NCBI GenBank assembly: GCA_965242865.1
Contig: CBDETK010000013.1
Location: 4,800,001 to 4,864,000, forward strand
Direction: 5' to 3'
Source of the DNA: Candidatus Latescibacterota bacterium
GTDB lineage: Bacteria > Latescibacterota > UBA2968 > UBA8231
Length of the DNA: 64,000 nucleotides
Part shown: positions 8,318 to 17,818 of the stretch, in pieces
Position numbering within the stretch: position 1 is the stretch's first letter
Layout of the letters: each line of letters begins with the position of its first letter
The notes under the pieces: model-generated
Database searches by the model: none
Told to the model about the DNA's origin: nothing
Seen by the model: only the letters and a program-made list of their open reading frames with translations
Translations under genes and position numbers: made by a program

Positions 8318-10690
8318 ATGGGAGTCATAGGACAGTCCGTCAAGCGCGTCGAAGACCAGCGCTTTATCACCGGCAAGGGCCGCTACACCGACGACATTGC
8401 CCTGCCCAACTCGACCTTTGCGGCCATCGTGCGCAGCCCGCATGCCCACGCCGCGATCCAAGGCGTTGACACGACGGCCGCGGCCGCAGCCTCTGGCGTC
8501 GTCGCCATCTTTACGGGGGCCGACCTCGAAGCCGCGGGCGTCGGCGGCCTGCCCTGCGGTTGGCAGGTGGATTTCAAAAGCGGCGATACCATGAAGGAGC
8601 CGGCCCATCCGGTGCTGGCCACGACCAAGGTGCGCCACGTTGGCGACCCGGTTGCCATCGTCCTGGCCGAGAGCCGCGAGCAAGCCGCGGATGCCGCCGA
8701 GTTGGTGGCCGTGGAATACGAGGTCTTGGACGGGGTCGTCGCGGCAACTCAAGCCATGGCCGAGGGCGCACCGCAGTTGTTCGACGATGTGCCCAACAAC
8801 ACATCCTTCGACTGGGAGCTCGGAGATCAAGCGGCCACGGACGCGGCCTTAGCGAGTGCCGCACACGTCACCACTTTGGAGTTCGACAACCAACGCCTCA
8901 TTCCCAACGCGATTGAGTCGCGCTGCGCCTTGGGCGATTACGACGCGGCCCGCGACCACTACACGCTCTACACCTCGTCGCAGAACCCCCACGTCATTCG
9001 CCTGCTGCTGACGGCGTTTGTCCTGAATTTGCCCGAGCACAAGGTGCGCGTGGTGTCGCCGGATGTGGGCGGTGGCTTTGGCTCCAAAATTTTTCACTAT
9101 GCCGAAGAAGTCCTCGTCACGTGGTGTTCCCGCCAGATTGGCCGCCCGGTCAAGTGGACCGCCAGCCGCAGCGAGGCCTTCCTCACCGACGCCCACGGCC
9201 GCGACCACCACACCAAGGTCGAGCTCGGGCTCGACGCCGATGGCCACTTCGTGGGCCTGCGGGTCAAAACCGTCGCCAATCTCGGCGCGTACCTCTCGAC
9301 CTTCGCGCCCTGCGTACCCACGTATCTCTACGGCACGCTCTTGCAAGGGCTGTACACCACCCCGGCGGTCCACGTCGATGTCACGGGCGTTTTCACTAAT
9401 ACGACCCCGGTTGACGCGCTGCGCGGCGCGGGCCGCCCCGAGGCCACGTACGTCCTAGAGCGCATTGTCGAGCAGGCCGCCTTGGAGACGGGCCGCGACC
9501 CGGCCCAACTGCGGCTCCAAAACTTCATCTCGCCCTTTGACGGCGTCGCGCAGGAAGGCTATCAGACCCAAGTGGCCCTGCAATACGACAGCGGCAACTA
9601 CGAGGCCGCGCTCGAAAAAGCACTCGCGGTCGTGGGGTACGACGAACTGCGCCAAGAGCAGGCCACGGTGCGCGCCGCCGGCAACGGCCGCTATCTCGGC
9701 ATTGGCTTTTCGACCTATATCGAAGCCTGCGGCATTGCGCCCTCGGCCGTGGTCGGGGCCTTGGGCGCGCGCGCCGGCCTCTTTGAGAGCGCCGGCGTCC
9801 GCGTCCAGCCCACCGGCAAAATCACCGTCTTCACCGGCAGCCACTCGCACGGACAGGGCCACGAGACGACCTTCGCCCAAGTGGTAGCCGATGGGTTGGG
9901 CGTGGCGATCGAAGATGTGGACATCATTCACGGCGACACCGAGTCTGTGCCCTTTGGCATGGGCACGTACGGCTCGCGCTCGCTGGCCGTAGGCGGCACG
10001 GCCATCGTCAAGAGCATGGACAAGATCAAGGAGAAGGGGGCTAAGATCGCGGCCCACTTGCTCGAAGCCGCCGAAGAGGACCTCGAATTTGCCGAAGGAC
10101 GCTGGGCGGTCAAGGGCACCGACCAGTCGATTGCCTTTGCAGAGGTCGCGCTGGCCGCGTATGTGCCGCACAATTTTCCCGAGGGATTGGAGCCGGGGCT
10201 GGAGTTTACCAGTTTCTACGACCCGGCCAATTTTACCTTTCCCTTTGGTGCTCACATAGCGGTAGTGGAAGTGGAGGCCGAAACGGGCGTGGTCGGGGTG
10301 AGGCGCTACGTCGCCGTTGACGACGTGGGCAACATCGTCAATCCCATGATCGTCGAAGGCCAAGTCCATGGCGGCATTACGCACGGCATTGGCCAAGCCC
10401 TATTTGAGGAGGCCGTGTACGACGACAGCGGCCAGCTCATCTCTGGCTCGTATATGGATTACGTCCTGCCGCGCGCCGACGACCTGCCTTCCTTTGAAAC
10501 CGATCACACGGTCACGCCCTGCCCGCACAACCCCCTCGGCGTCAAGGGCGCTGGCGAGACCGGCACGATTGGCTCGCCGCCGGCCATTGTCAACGCCGTG
10601 CTCGACGCCCTGTGGCCTTTGGGCGTGCGCGACCTGACCATGCCGCTGACGCCGCAGAAGGTGTGGCGGGCCATCCAGCAAGTTAGCTAA
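8318..10690 (+). CDS. coxL: Xanthine dehydrogenase family Mo-binding large subunit (form II CoxL-like)
   Basis: [16 protein letters not shown] active-site loop, [20 protein letters not shown]; S-L-M gene order. Confidence 0.9.
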   Translation: MGVIGQSVKRVEDQRFITGKGRYTDDIALPNSTFAAIVRSPHAHAAIQGVDTTAAAAASGVVAIFTGADLEAAGVGGLPCGWQVDFKSGDTMKEPAHPVLATTKVRHVGDPVAIVLAESREQAADAAELVAVEYEVLDGVVAATQAMAEGAPQLFDDVPNNTSFDWELGDQAATDAALASAAHVTTLEFDNQRLIPNAIESRCALGDYDAARDHYTLYTSSQNPHVIRLLLTAFVLNLPEHKVRVVSPDVGGGFGSKIFHYAEEVLVTWCSRQIGRPVKWTASRSEAFLTDAHGRDHHTKVELGLDADGHFVGLRVKTVANLGAYLSTFAPCVPTYLYGTLLQGLYTTPAVHVDVTGVFTNTTPVDALRGAGRPEATYVLERIVEQAALETGRDPAQLRLQNFISPFDGVAQEGYQTQVALQYDSGNYEAALEKALAVVGYDELRQEQATVRAAGNGRYLGIGFSTYIEACGIAPSAVVGALGARAGLFESAGVRVQPTGKITVFTGSHSHGQGHETTFAQVVADGLGVAIEDVDIIHGDTESVPFGMGTYGSRSLAVGGTAIVKSMDKIKEKGAKIAAHLLEAAEEDLEFAEGRWAVKGTDQSIAFAEVALAAYVPHNFPEGLEPGLEFTSFYDPANFTFPFGAHIAVVEVEAETGVVGVRRYVAVDDVGNIVNPMIVEGQVHGGITHGIGQALFEEAVYDDSGQLISGSYMDYVLPRADDLPSFETDHTVTPCPHNPLGVKGAGETGTIGSPPAIVNAVLDALWPLGVRDLTMPLTPQKVWRAIQQVS

Positions 10691-10703
10691 GGAGAAGCCG
10701 ACC

Positions 10704-11519
10704 ATGATACCTGCCGCGTTTGACTATCACCGCCCCTCTTCAGTAGATGAGGCGATTCAGCTCCTCGCGGGCGACGCCAAGCTCTTGGCGGGCGGCCACA
10801 GCCTGTTGCCGGCCATGAAGCTCCGCCTGTCGGCGCCGGATGCGCTGATCGACATTGGGCGGCTCGCCGAGTGCAACTACATCCGCGAGGATGGCGACGC
10901 CGTAGCCATCGGTGCTGTCACCACCCACCATCAGATTGCGACCTCGCCCCTGACCAACGGCCGGGTCGCCGCGCTGGCCCAAGCGGCCGGGGTCATCGGC
11001 GATCCTCAGGTTCGCAATAAGGGGACCATTGGCGGCTCCTTGGCGCACGCCGACCCGGCGGCCGACTACCCGGCGGCGATCTTGGCACTCGGTGCTGAGA
11101 TCAAGGTCAAGAGCGAGGCGGGCGAGCGCGTGATTCCCGCGGCCGAGTTCTTTATCGACTTGTTTTTGACCGCCCTCGCGCCGGACGAGATCATCATTGA
11201 GGTGCGAGTCCCGGCCGCGGAAAAGTCGGCGTACTGCAAGTTTCCGCATCCAGCCTCGCGCTTTGCGGTCGTCGGCTGCGCCGCGGCCGCGGTCGGAGGC
11301 GCGGTCCAGGTGGCCTTTACGGGCGTGGCCAATGCGGCCTTCCGCGATACAGAGGTTGAAGCGGCCCTCCGCGGCGGCTTGAGCGAGGACTCGATCGCCG
11401 CAGCCGCGGCCCGGGCGGCCGACGGACAGGATGTGCTCGCCGACCACTTTGCTGGCGAAGAGTACCGCCGCCACTTGGCCAAGGTTTTCGCCCGCAAGGC
11501 GCTGACGGTCATCGCCTGA
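10704..11519 (+). CDS. coxM: CoxM-like FAD-binding subunit
   Basis: LAGGHSL, QVRNKGTIGGS, ADPAAD, EYRRHL. Confidence 0.92.
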   Translation: MIPAAFDYHRPSSVDEAIQLLAGDAKLLAGGHSLLPAMKLRLSAPDALIDIGRLAECNYIREDGDAVAIGAVTTHHQIATSPLTNGRVAALAQAAGVIGDPQVRNKGTIGGSLAHADPAADYPAAILALGAEIKVKSEAGERVIPAAEFFIDLFLTALAPDEIIIEVRVPAAEKSAYCKFPHPASRFAVVGCAAAAVGGAVQVAFTGVANAAFRDTEVEAALRGGLSEDSIAAAAARAADGQDVLADHFAGEEYRRHLAKVFARKALTVIA

Positions 11520-11537
11520 GCACCCATCGCGCCTAAG

Positions 11538-11579
11538 CAGGATAGCCCCCGATGCCGGTTGAGCGTCGGGGCTATCCTG
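11538..11579 (+). terminator. Hairpin after coxM
   Basis: CAGGATAGCCCC...GGGGCTATCCTG inverted repeat; no clear U-tract. Confidence 0.55.
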
Positions 11580-11660
11580 TCTAAGAACGTCAGTTCCCGG
11601 TATATCGCCTCGCGTCGGGTTTGGCCTTGGGATCATTATCCACTATATATAATATATACT

Positions 11661-11683
11661 TTATACCTTATACCTTATACCTT
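11661..11683. repeat. (TTATACC)x3 heptamer in an AT-rich promoter region
   Basis: TTATACCTTATACCTTATACC upstream of 11706. Confidence 0.8.
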
Positions 11684-11705
11684 TGATACATTGGCTAACT
11701 AGTGT

Positions 11706-11888
11706 ATGAATTCACCCCAACAAGGGGGTTGTATGCTCAGAGGACCTAACGGCGAGGTTCGGCCCGCCGACATGAACCAATTGGCCAAGTGTGTCGTTGA
11801 TCTAGCGGCTAGGGCGACCTCTGCGAAGGAGCTCAAGCGAGTTACTCAGGCCAAGAGCCGCCCTATCGTCCGCAAGGGCAACTCATGA
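11706..11888 (+). CDS. Small basic protein, 'GP.GE.RPAD' family
   Basis: MLRGPNGEVRPADMNQLAKCVVDLA resembles small proteins commonly seen in mobile regions; ATGA overlap with the next gene. Confidence 0.55.
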   Translation: MNSPQQGGCMLRGPNGEVRPADMNQLAKCVVDLAARATSAKELKRVTQAKSRPIVRKGNS

Positions 11889-12388
11889 TACGTGACGAAA
11901 TCTGGGATCAGATGATAGAGGCGGAATGCCTCGTTCGATACTATGACGCTTTGACCCAGCGATACCGCGTCTACCACAAGATACTGAGGGCTGTCATTCT
12001 TCTGTCCTCTATGATGGCCATAGGGGCGCTGTTGGAGCAATTTCCTCCAAATGTATACCTCGTAATAGGTGCTTTGTTAGCCGTTGCCGTTGTTTGGGAT
12101 ATGCTCGCCGACTATTCTGCGAAGAGTGCTCTCCTAAGCGTCATTTGTATGGAATGTATGGGTCTGCTAAACGAGTGGCGTACCTTGTGGGAGGATGTCA
12201 ATCAAGAGGAGATAAATGAATCGTCGCTTAGGCAGAGAACTCGTGAACTAGCAAAAAGACTGACTGACGTGACTAGTCGAGCCATTCCTGCCAATATTGC
12301 CGGCAATAAGAGTCTTTATGAAAAAGAGGCCGAAGCCGCATATCAGGTTGTAAAGGATCGTTATTATGTCGAAGAAACCACTGTCTGA
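11885..12388 (+). CDS. SLATT-like two-TM membrane protein
   Basis: N-terminal helix, two adjacent hydrophobic segments, helical cytoplasmic tail; lower GC than the flanks. Confidence 0.6.
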   Translation: MIRDEIWDQMIEAECLVRYYDALTQRYRVYHKILRAVILLSSMMAIGALLEQFPPNVYLVIGALLAVAVVWDMLADYSAKSALLSVICMECMGLLNEWRTLWEDVNQEEINESSLRQRTRELAKRLTDVTSRAIPANIAGNKSLYEKEAEAAYQVVKDRYYVEETTV

Positions 12389-12491
12389 GCGGATAGGAGG
12401 TTATCCCCCACGGACTCCAAGTCCCCGCCGACCCAAGCCGCCACCTAAACCCCTATCCAAGCCGCCACCTAAATCGCCACCTAAAACATAG
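12366..12491 (+). CDS. 41-aa Pro/Lys-rich peptide (not in the ORF track)
   Basis: MSKKPLSERIGGYPPRTPSPRRPKPPPKPLSKPPPKSPPKT*; AAGGA upstream; overlaps the end of the SLATT-like gene; internal GCCACCTAAA repeats. Confidence 0.45.
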   Translation: MSKKPLSERIGGYPPRTPSPRRPKPPPKPLSKPPPKSPPKT

Positions 12492-12492
12492 A

Positions 12493-12702
12493 TCAAAAGC
12501 CATTCGCGCCCAGTACGGCAACGTCAAACTCGGCACTTCGCACGACGCTGTCTTCCACGTCGTGAAACCCATCGAGGTCCTCGGAAAAACGCGGACTATC
12601 GGGGAATTGGTGCAAAACCGTAGCACCCGCTACATAGCTCTCTGGGCTGCGGTTTTGTGCTAACAAACGCAGGATAGATTGCTGAAACGCGCTTAGGGGC
12701 AT
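12493..12702 (-). pseudogene. Truncated AbiEii-like nucleotidyltransferase toxin (N-terminus only)
   Basis: YVAGATVL..RFSEDLD nucleotidyltransferase motif; stops after 69 aa. Confidence 0.7.
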
Positions 12703-12878
12703 AGCCGGGCGGCCAAGATGAATCCCGGCCGGCCTCCGTGTAGCCGCAAACCTCGGGCGATCTCGGGTATATCTTCGACGCCAATTTCCAAATCCCGGCG
12801 CAAATACCAGAAACAGCGGGCGTAGTAATCGGCAAAGGCTTGGCGGGCGAGTTGCAGCCGCTCGGTGTCGCTCAACAT
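12693..12878 (-). CDS. Small putative antitoxin partner of the nucleotidyltransferase
   Basis: ARQAFADYYARCFW...LRLHGG; overlaps the toxin start. Confidence 0.6.
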   Translation of the reverse strand: MLSDTERLQLARQAFADYYARCFWYLRRDLEIGVEDIPEIARGLRLHGGRPGFILAARLCP

Positions 12879-13200
12879 CTTTGGGTTTTGTTCCACTTGC
12901 AAGGTTAGCGTCTTTTGGGAGGGTACGCGAAAAACAGCGATTGGGTGTAAGCCTTTCGGTTTCATCTCATACGCTGTCCTAGCCTCTTGCTGATTTCCAC
13001 TGCCGCAAAATGGTTGGAGATCGTCCTGACTCTCTCGCAAGCCGCTCTGCTTTATCATTCTTAATACCCATCTCGGCGCTTGGTCTCGTTATGGGGTCTC
13101 CAGTTGGTGAGTTTGGCTCAAGCCTGAACTTGATTTAGGGGTTCGCACGGGCATTGGGACGCGAGGGATGGCTAACCAGACGCACACGCGCTCCCGGTCG

Positions 13201-13284
13201 TCACTGGGTGCGGGCGTGTAGGAAGACCATGAGCGAAGAGATGTCGGCGGGCGAGACCCCGGAAATGCGCGACGCCTGTCCTAA
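13201..13284 (-). pseudogene. mnmG: Isolated 3' end of mnmG (gidA)
   Basis: Translates LGQASRISGVSPADISSLMVFLHARTQ*, the conserved MnmG C-terminus; cut at the IS end. Confidence 0.8.
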
Positions 13285-14208
13285 GAAGCCTTTTTAAAAC
13301 TCCTTTTTTGCTTGGATTTGACGTTGGCGTATTCACCGCACCCCTTCAGGTTTCGCCTAAGACCCCTGAACGAAAGGTCTCCGATGAGTACGCCCTATCA
13401 ATATCCGACCGACCTAACAGACGCGCCATGGCAGCGGCGGTCTCCCCTCGTACCCTCTCGTCGTTGGCGTCGGGGGGGTCCGGGTCGTCCTCCCCGTACT
13501 CTACGTTTGGTGCTCAATGGGATTCTCTATCGAGCTAAAACCGGTTGCCCGGGGCCGATGCTACCGCCGACGTTTGGCCCTTGGCAAACAGTGTATGGAT
13601 ACTTCAACCGATGGCGGCGAGCCGGACCCTGGCAGCGGATATTGGACGCCTTGACCCGCCAACAGCGCACCCGTCGATGCCGCCGGCCAACCCCTTCGGC
13701 CGGCGGCATCAACGCTCAGCGTGTCAAGACCGCCACGCAAGGCCGAGCTATAGGGTATGACGCCGGGAAACGGGTCAAAGGACGCAAACGCCACCTGTTC
13801 GTCGATAGCCAAGGCTCGATCCTGCAAGGCAAGGTCACCGCCGCCCACATCTCCGACGCCGACGGCTTAAAGGCCCTGTTGAGGGACTATTTCGCCGCCG
13901 GCGTCCAACGGCTGAGAAGCGTGTGGGTCGATGCCGGCTATCGAGGCGAAGCCCTCAACGCATGGGGCGCCGGATTAAAACAAACCTATAAAATCCGATT
14001 GGAGGGCAGCGAAAAACCACGACCCGGCTTTACTCTACTCAAACGCCGGTGGGTCGTAGAACGAACCTTTGCTTGGTTGGGCAACTATCGTATCCACGCC
14101 AAAGATTATGAGATCGTAACCGACAATAGCCAAGCCTTTATACATATCGTTATGATCCATCTGTTGCTCAAGCGAAAAAACAAAAAAAAAGAATTTTAAA
14201 AAGGCTTC
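13285..14208 (+). mobile_element. IS5 family (IS1031-like) insertion sequence
   Basis: Terminal inverted repeats GAAGCCTTTTTAAAA (13285-13299) and TTTTAAAAAGGCTTC (14194-14208), each flanked by TAA. Confidence 0.9.
13384..14199 (+). CDS. IS5 family transposase, probably inactive
   Basis: YPTDLTD, GKRVKGRKRH, VDAGY, RRWVVERTFAW. The first catalytic Asp (consensus IDSQS) reads INAQR. Confidence 0.85.
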   Translation: MSTPYQYPTDLTDAPWQRRSPLVPSRRWRRGGPGRPPRTLRLVLNGILYRAKTGCPGPMLPPTFGPWQTVYGYFNRWRRAGPWQRILDALTRQQRTRRCRRPTPSAGGINAQRVKTATQGRAIGYDAGKRVKGRKRHLFVDSQGSILQGKVTAAHISDADGLKALLRDYFAAGVQRLRSVWVDAGYRGEALNAWGAGLKQTYKIRLEGSEKPRPGFTLLKRRWVVERTFAWLGNYRIHAKDYEIVTDNSQAFIHIVMIHLLLKRKNKKKEF

Positions 14209-14211
14209 TAA

Positions 14212-15058
14212 GCGCGTCGCGGCAAGACACTGCGGCGACTAGACAAGAGATTGCCAATAGCCCGCTGCTGGTAGGTGCTGCTCAAAGACTGCACCGCTTT
14301 TTCGAGCAAGTCGTTGTATCGCGTCATGTCAGCACCGTCGTTCGTCTGCGCGTCGAACAGGGCGCACAATTCCTCATGCGGACTTTCCTCCCCTGCACAC
14401 AACAGCCGATACAACTCTAGTATCTGCTGGTTGGGCAAAAGTAAAGCGCACCTCGCCGCTCTTGCGGACATAGACGAGAAAATAGGGATGCAGCGGGTTT
14501 ATCTGCTCATTGCCCGTTGAATCGCCTTGCTGCCGGAGACAGAAAACAACGCCGGCCGTGATCATTGGATAATCCGCGTACGGTGGAACAACAGCATAAA
14601 GCCCCAAAGGAGCGTCTGCAAGGATTTGCCGATTGCTCTCGAATCGGCGGCCCTTCGTATTGTGAACGGTATTGAGGGAGGACGTACCGCGAAGGATTGA
14701 ACAGGGAAAGCTGGTACTTAGAGATTTCGTCGTTCAGATCGTCGTACGACATAAATCCACCTTGCCGCAAGTCAATGTTCGCATAGACGGCCTGCGGCTG
14801 ACCGCGCTCGGGGAATCCACCCAGTTCCGCCAGCGAGTCCGGGTAGTATCGCTCGATGTGCTTGCGGGAACGGGCAATGGTCAACTCGTCGAGCAGCTTA
14901 AAAAAAGTGGAACTGAGCCGTTCCAAGAGCTCGCGGGTTTGGCGAGCGTCCGACCGCTTGGCCCATTCCGTAAAGGTGCGTTGAGCCGTGGCCAGGGTCT
15001 CTTGCAGGCTGGCCACGCCGAGCGATTCGCCGAAGGCGTCATCGCGGCCTTCGGTTTA
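14212..15058 (-). pseudogene. Fragments of a SNF2-type helicase of the kind linked to R-M operons
   Basis: TIARSRKHIERYY..FPER and C-terminal NPLHPYFLVYV..GEV..F segments in different frames with an internal deletion. Confidence 0.65.
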
Positions 15059-16252
15059 GGAAGCTTCTGATTAAGTCTCACTTTAGAAGGCTTGTATCTT
15101 CTGTTTGTTTTTGTTGGATTCCACTCTGTCAAAAAGGCTCTATTTCGTGGTATATTTTTTGCTCTTTGTTTCCTCGCTATCGATTCGGGACGGATTCGTC
15201 CCTAGGCTGCCCGAAGTGGTCTACGGACGAGGTATAAGTTGGCTAGCGCAAACAAGATAACGAGTTGAGCGGCATTGTTGGCCAAGCCTCGATAGCGTAC
15301 CTTACGATAGCCCCAGCGGTGCTTGATGATGCCAAAGACGTGTTCGACCCGGGCTCGGACGCGGTGGCTCTTGCGGTTAAACGAGCGGTCGGCACAGGTT
15401 AGTTTTCGATGGCGGGTTGCCTTGCGATGGACCTGCCACTTGATGCCTTGGGCTTGGGCTTCCTGCGGCCATTGGGCATCGGCATCGGCTTTGTCGCCAT
15501 AGATAACCTGTTCGTCGCCATGCAAACAGTCGGCCATGACTTGCGAATCATGGACGGAGGCCGAGGTCACTACCACGCGATGCACCCGTCCATGCGGATC
15601 ACGGCCAATATGTGCTTTGAGGCCAAAGTGCCACGTCGTCCCCTTCTTCGTCGTCCCCATCTCCAGATCCCGGGCGCGATCCCGATTCTGGGTCGAAGTC
15701 GGGGCCGCCACAATCGTCGCATCTACAATCGTCCCTGCGCGCATCAGCAACCCGCGTTCCGACCGATGCTGTACGGTGCGCTCAAACAACACCTCGGTCA
15801 AACCATGTGTGCGCAAAAAATGACGAAATTTGCCGATCGTCGTCTCATCTGGGATGTCGTCCAACGACACCCCCGCAAAACGCCGCATCGATTCCACATC
15901 ATACAGACTATCCTCCATCGCCGGATCACTCAGATTATACCCTTGTTGCATGAAGTAAACACGCAACATCACGTCCACCGCCATCGGACGACGACCCCGG
16001 CCGGGTTTCGGATACTTCTGCAAAATGGGTTGCAGAAGGCAATCCCAAGGTAAGACATCATTCATCTCTGAAAGAAAACGCTCTTTGCGAGTGATCTTCT
16101 TTTTTTGGGTGTACGCAACATCGGAAAAATGCATGGAAGTCATCGCTTTTTCACTCCTATCTCATTATTTATGTAGAATACATTATGATATATATCATAT
16201 AACATATAATATCGAAGAGCAAGACACACAAAGAGACTTAATCAGAGCTTCC
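15059..16252 (-). mobile_element. IS5 family (IS5 subgroup) insertion sequence
   Basis: Inverted repeats GGAAGCTTCTGATTAAGTCTC (15059-15079) and GAGACTTAATCAGAGCTTCC (16233-16252); no matching target-site duplication. Confidence 0.88.
15202..16143 (-). CDS. IS5 family transposase
   Basis: LSDPAMED.LY, PDETTI, VDATI, HFGLKAHIG, RARVEHVF, VRYRGL; some degenerate positions. Confidence 0.92.
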   Translation of the reverse strand: MTSMHFSDVAYTQKKKITRKERFLSEMNDVLPWDCLLQPILQKYPKPGRGRRPMAVDVMLRVYFMQQGYNLSDPAMEDSLYDVESMRRFAGVSLDDIPDETTIGKFRHFLRTHGLTEVLFERTVQHRSERGLLMRAGTIVDATIVAAPTSTQNRDRARDLEMGTTKKGTTWHFGLKAHIGRDPHGRVHRVVVTSASVHDSQVMADCLHGDEQVIYGDKADADAQWPQEAQAQGIKWQVHRKATRHRKLTCADRSFNRKSHRVRARVEHVFGIIKHRWGYRKVRYRGLANNAAQLVILFALANLYLVRRPLRAA

Positions 16253-16283
16253 TGTATATACTTTTAACCATTATAGTGAGGAA

Positions 16284-16372
16284 ATTTGTAATCGCCCAAG
16301 ATTGCATCTAAATCCTAAACATAGGATCCGCACCATGCTTATTTATATACAAAAAAAGCACTCACGCAAGGG
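16284..16372. repeat. ~90-bp direct repeat, copy 1
   Basis: TTTGTAATCGCCCAAGATTGCATCTAAATCCTA...CGCACCATGCTTATT...GCAAGGG; similar to 17625-17714. Confidence 0.85.
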
Positions 16373-16524
16373 CGGGTAGTGGCCACCTAGGCTGCTCCCA
16401 CAGAAAGGATAACCATGCTTGACCCATAAATTCGCAGTCGGCGACCAGCCAGCACACCCCTCGGTCGAAGTAGGACAACATTCGGGCCAGCAGGTGCATA
16501 CGTTGCTAGGTGTGCTTGATTTGC

Positions 16525-16553
16525 TTGACAAGACTCAGTATGGGAATTAAAAT
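16525..16553 (+). promoter_or_regulatory. Near-consensus sigma70 promoter upstream of carbonic anhydrase
   Basis: TTGACA-17 bp-TAAAAT. Confidence 0.7.
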
Positions 16554-16722
16554 ATAAAAATCGCTAGCCAAGGAACCCATTTGGGAGCTTCTCAAGGACA
16601 CCACGTCTGGAAATAATCTGGCAAAACCTGACTATAAAATAGAGGCCGCGAAGTACGCGACCGGAGAAGCCGCGCCGGAGCCAATCGCGGACCGCGTCCT
16701 CGCCAAACAAAAGGAGAGGAAA

Positions 16723-17502
16723 ATGACCCGATTCAAGGTTTGTCTTAGTATGATTTGTCTTGCTGCTTGTATGAATAGTTACGCCGAGTCGGAGAATGGG
16801 AATGCGTCATCCCATTCCGAACAGGCCGAATGGGGCTACGGCATCGAGAACGGCCCCGCCGTTTGGGGACAACTCAGCCCTGAATATGCCCTTTGCGCTG
16901 TGGGGATACACCAATCGCCGATTGATCTGGTGAATCCCACATCGGCAGCACTGCCTGCCATCGCCTTCAACTACCAGCCAACCGCCCTGCGTATTCAAAA
17001 TAATGGACACACCGTTGTCGTGGCGTCCTCGCAAGAAAACTGGATTGAGGTGGATAGTACCAGATACGAGCTGCTCCAGTTCCACTTTCACGCCCCGAGC
17101 GAACACACCGTGGCCGGTCAATCGTTTGCTATGGAAATGCACCTCGTCCATCAAAACGAGGACGGCGCGTTGGCGGTCATTGGGGTGCTCATTGAGCGCG
17201 GTAGGGAGCACGCCGCATTCAACTCGCTCTGGGCGCATTTACCAAGCACCCCAGGGGCTGTACAACAGATTGAGCAGGTCGCCGTTGACGCGGGCGACTT
17301 GTTGCCGAGCGCGAGGTCTTACTATCGCTACGATGGCTCGTTGACGACTCCGCCTTGTTCGGAAGGGGTCCAATGGTTTGTGCTGACGACGCCTATTACA
17401 TTGTCCGAAGCGCAAATCGCCGCATTTGCCGCTATCGTCCATGGCAACAATCGGCCCGTGCAGCCGCTCAATGGACGCCAACTCCTCGTTGATGTCCAAT
17501 AG
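16723..17502 (+). CDS. cah: Secreted alpha-class carbonic anhydrase
   Basis: QSPIDL, QFHFH, SEH, EMHLVH, GSLTTPPCSEGV, NNRPVQ; strong RBS; signal-like N-terminus. Confidence 0.95.
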   Translation: MTRFKVCLSMICLAACMNSYAESENGNASSHSEQAEWGYGIENGPAVWGQLSPEYALCAVGIHQSPIDLVNPTSAALPAIAFNYQPTALRIQNNGHTVVVASSQENWIEVDSTRYELLQFHFHAPSEHTVAGQSFAMEMHLVHQNEDGALAVIGVLIERGREHAAFNSLWAHLPSTPGAVQQIEQVAVDAGDLLPSARSYYRYDGSLTTPPCSEGVQWFVLTTPITLSEAQIAAFAAIVHGNNRPVQPLNGRQLLVDVQ

Positions 17503-17624
17503 CAATAGCTTCGCAGCAGGTAAGTGCTTGCAGCCGAAGTCGTGCAATTTTATAGATCGCCACCTAAGTACACGACAGTAATCTCAAGTGATCGTACGTT
17601 GTGGTACGGCCCTGCTTTAGGTTT

Positions 17625-17714
17625 ATTTGTAATCACCCAAGATTGCATCTAAATCCTACACACAGGAGCCGCACCATGCTTATTCATAACGTTAAAAAAA
17701 GCTCTCCGGCAAGG
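17625..17714. repeat. ~90-bp direct repeat, copy 2
   Basis: TTTGTAATCACCCAAGATTGCATCTAAATCCTA...CGCACCATGCTTATT...GCAAGGG. Confidence 0.85.
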
Positions 17715-17818
17715 GGTCACCTTCGACGACTTCCTCGAACGACAAATTCGGTTCAGCCTCCCGCTCGTCGAAGGCACTTAAATCCTCAGAGTCCTCAGAA
17801 GCGTTCTTAAAACTATTT

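Noticed and set aside
8318-10690. True aerobic CO dehydrogenase (form I)
   Set aside because: It lacks AYxCSFR and has S-L-M gene order.
13285-16252. Composite transposon formed by the two IS5 elements
   Set aside because: They belong to different subgroups with unrelated inverted repeats, and there is no shared outer target duplication.
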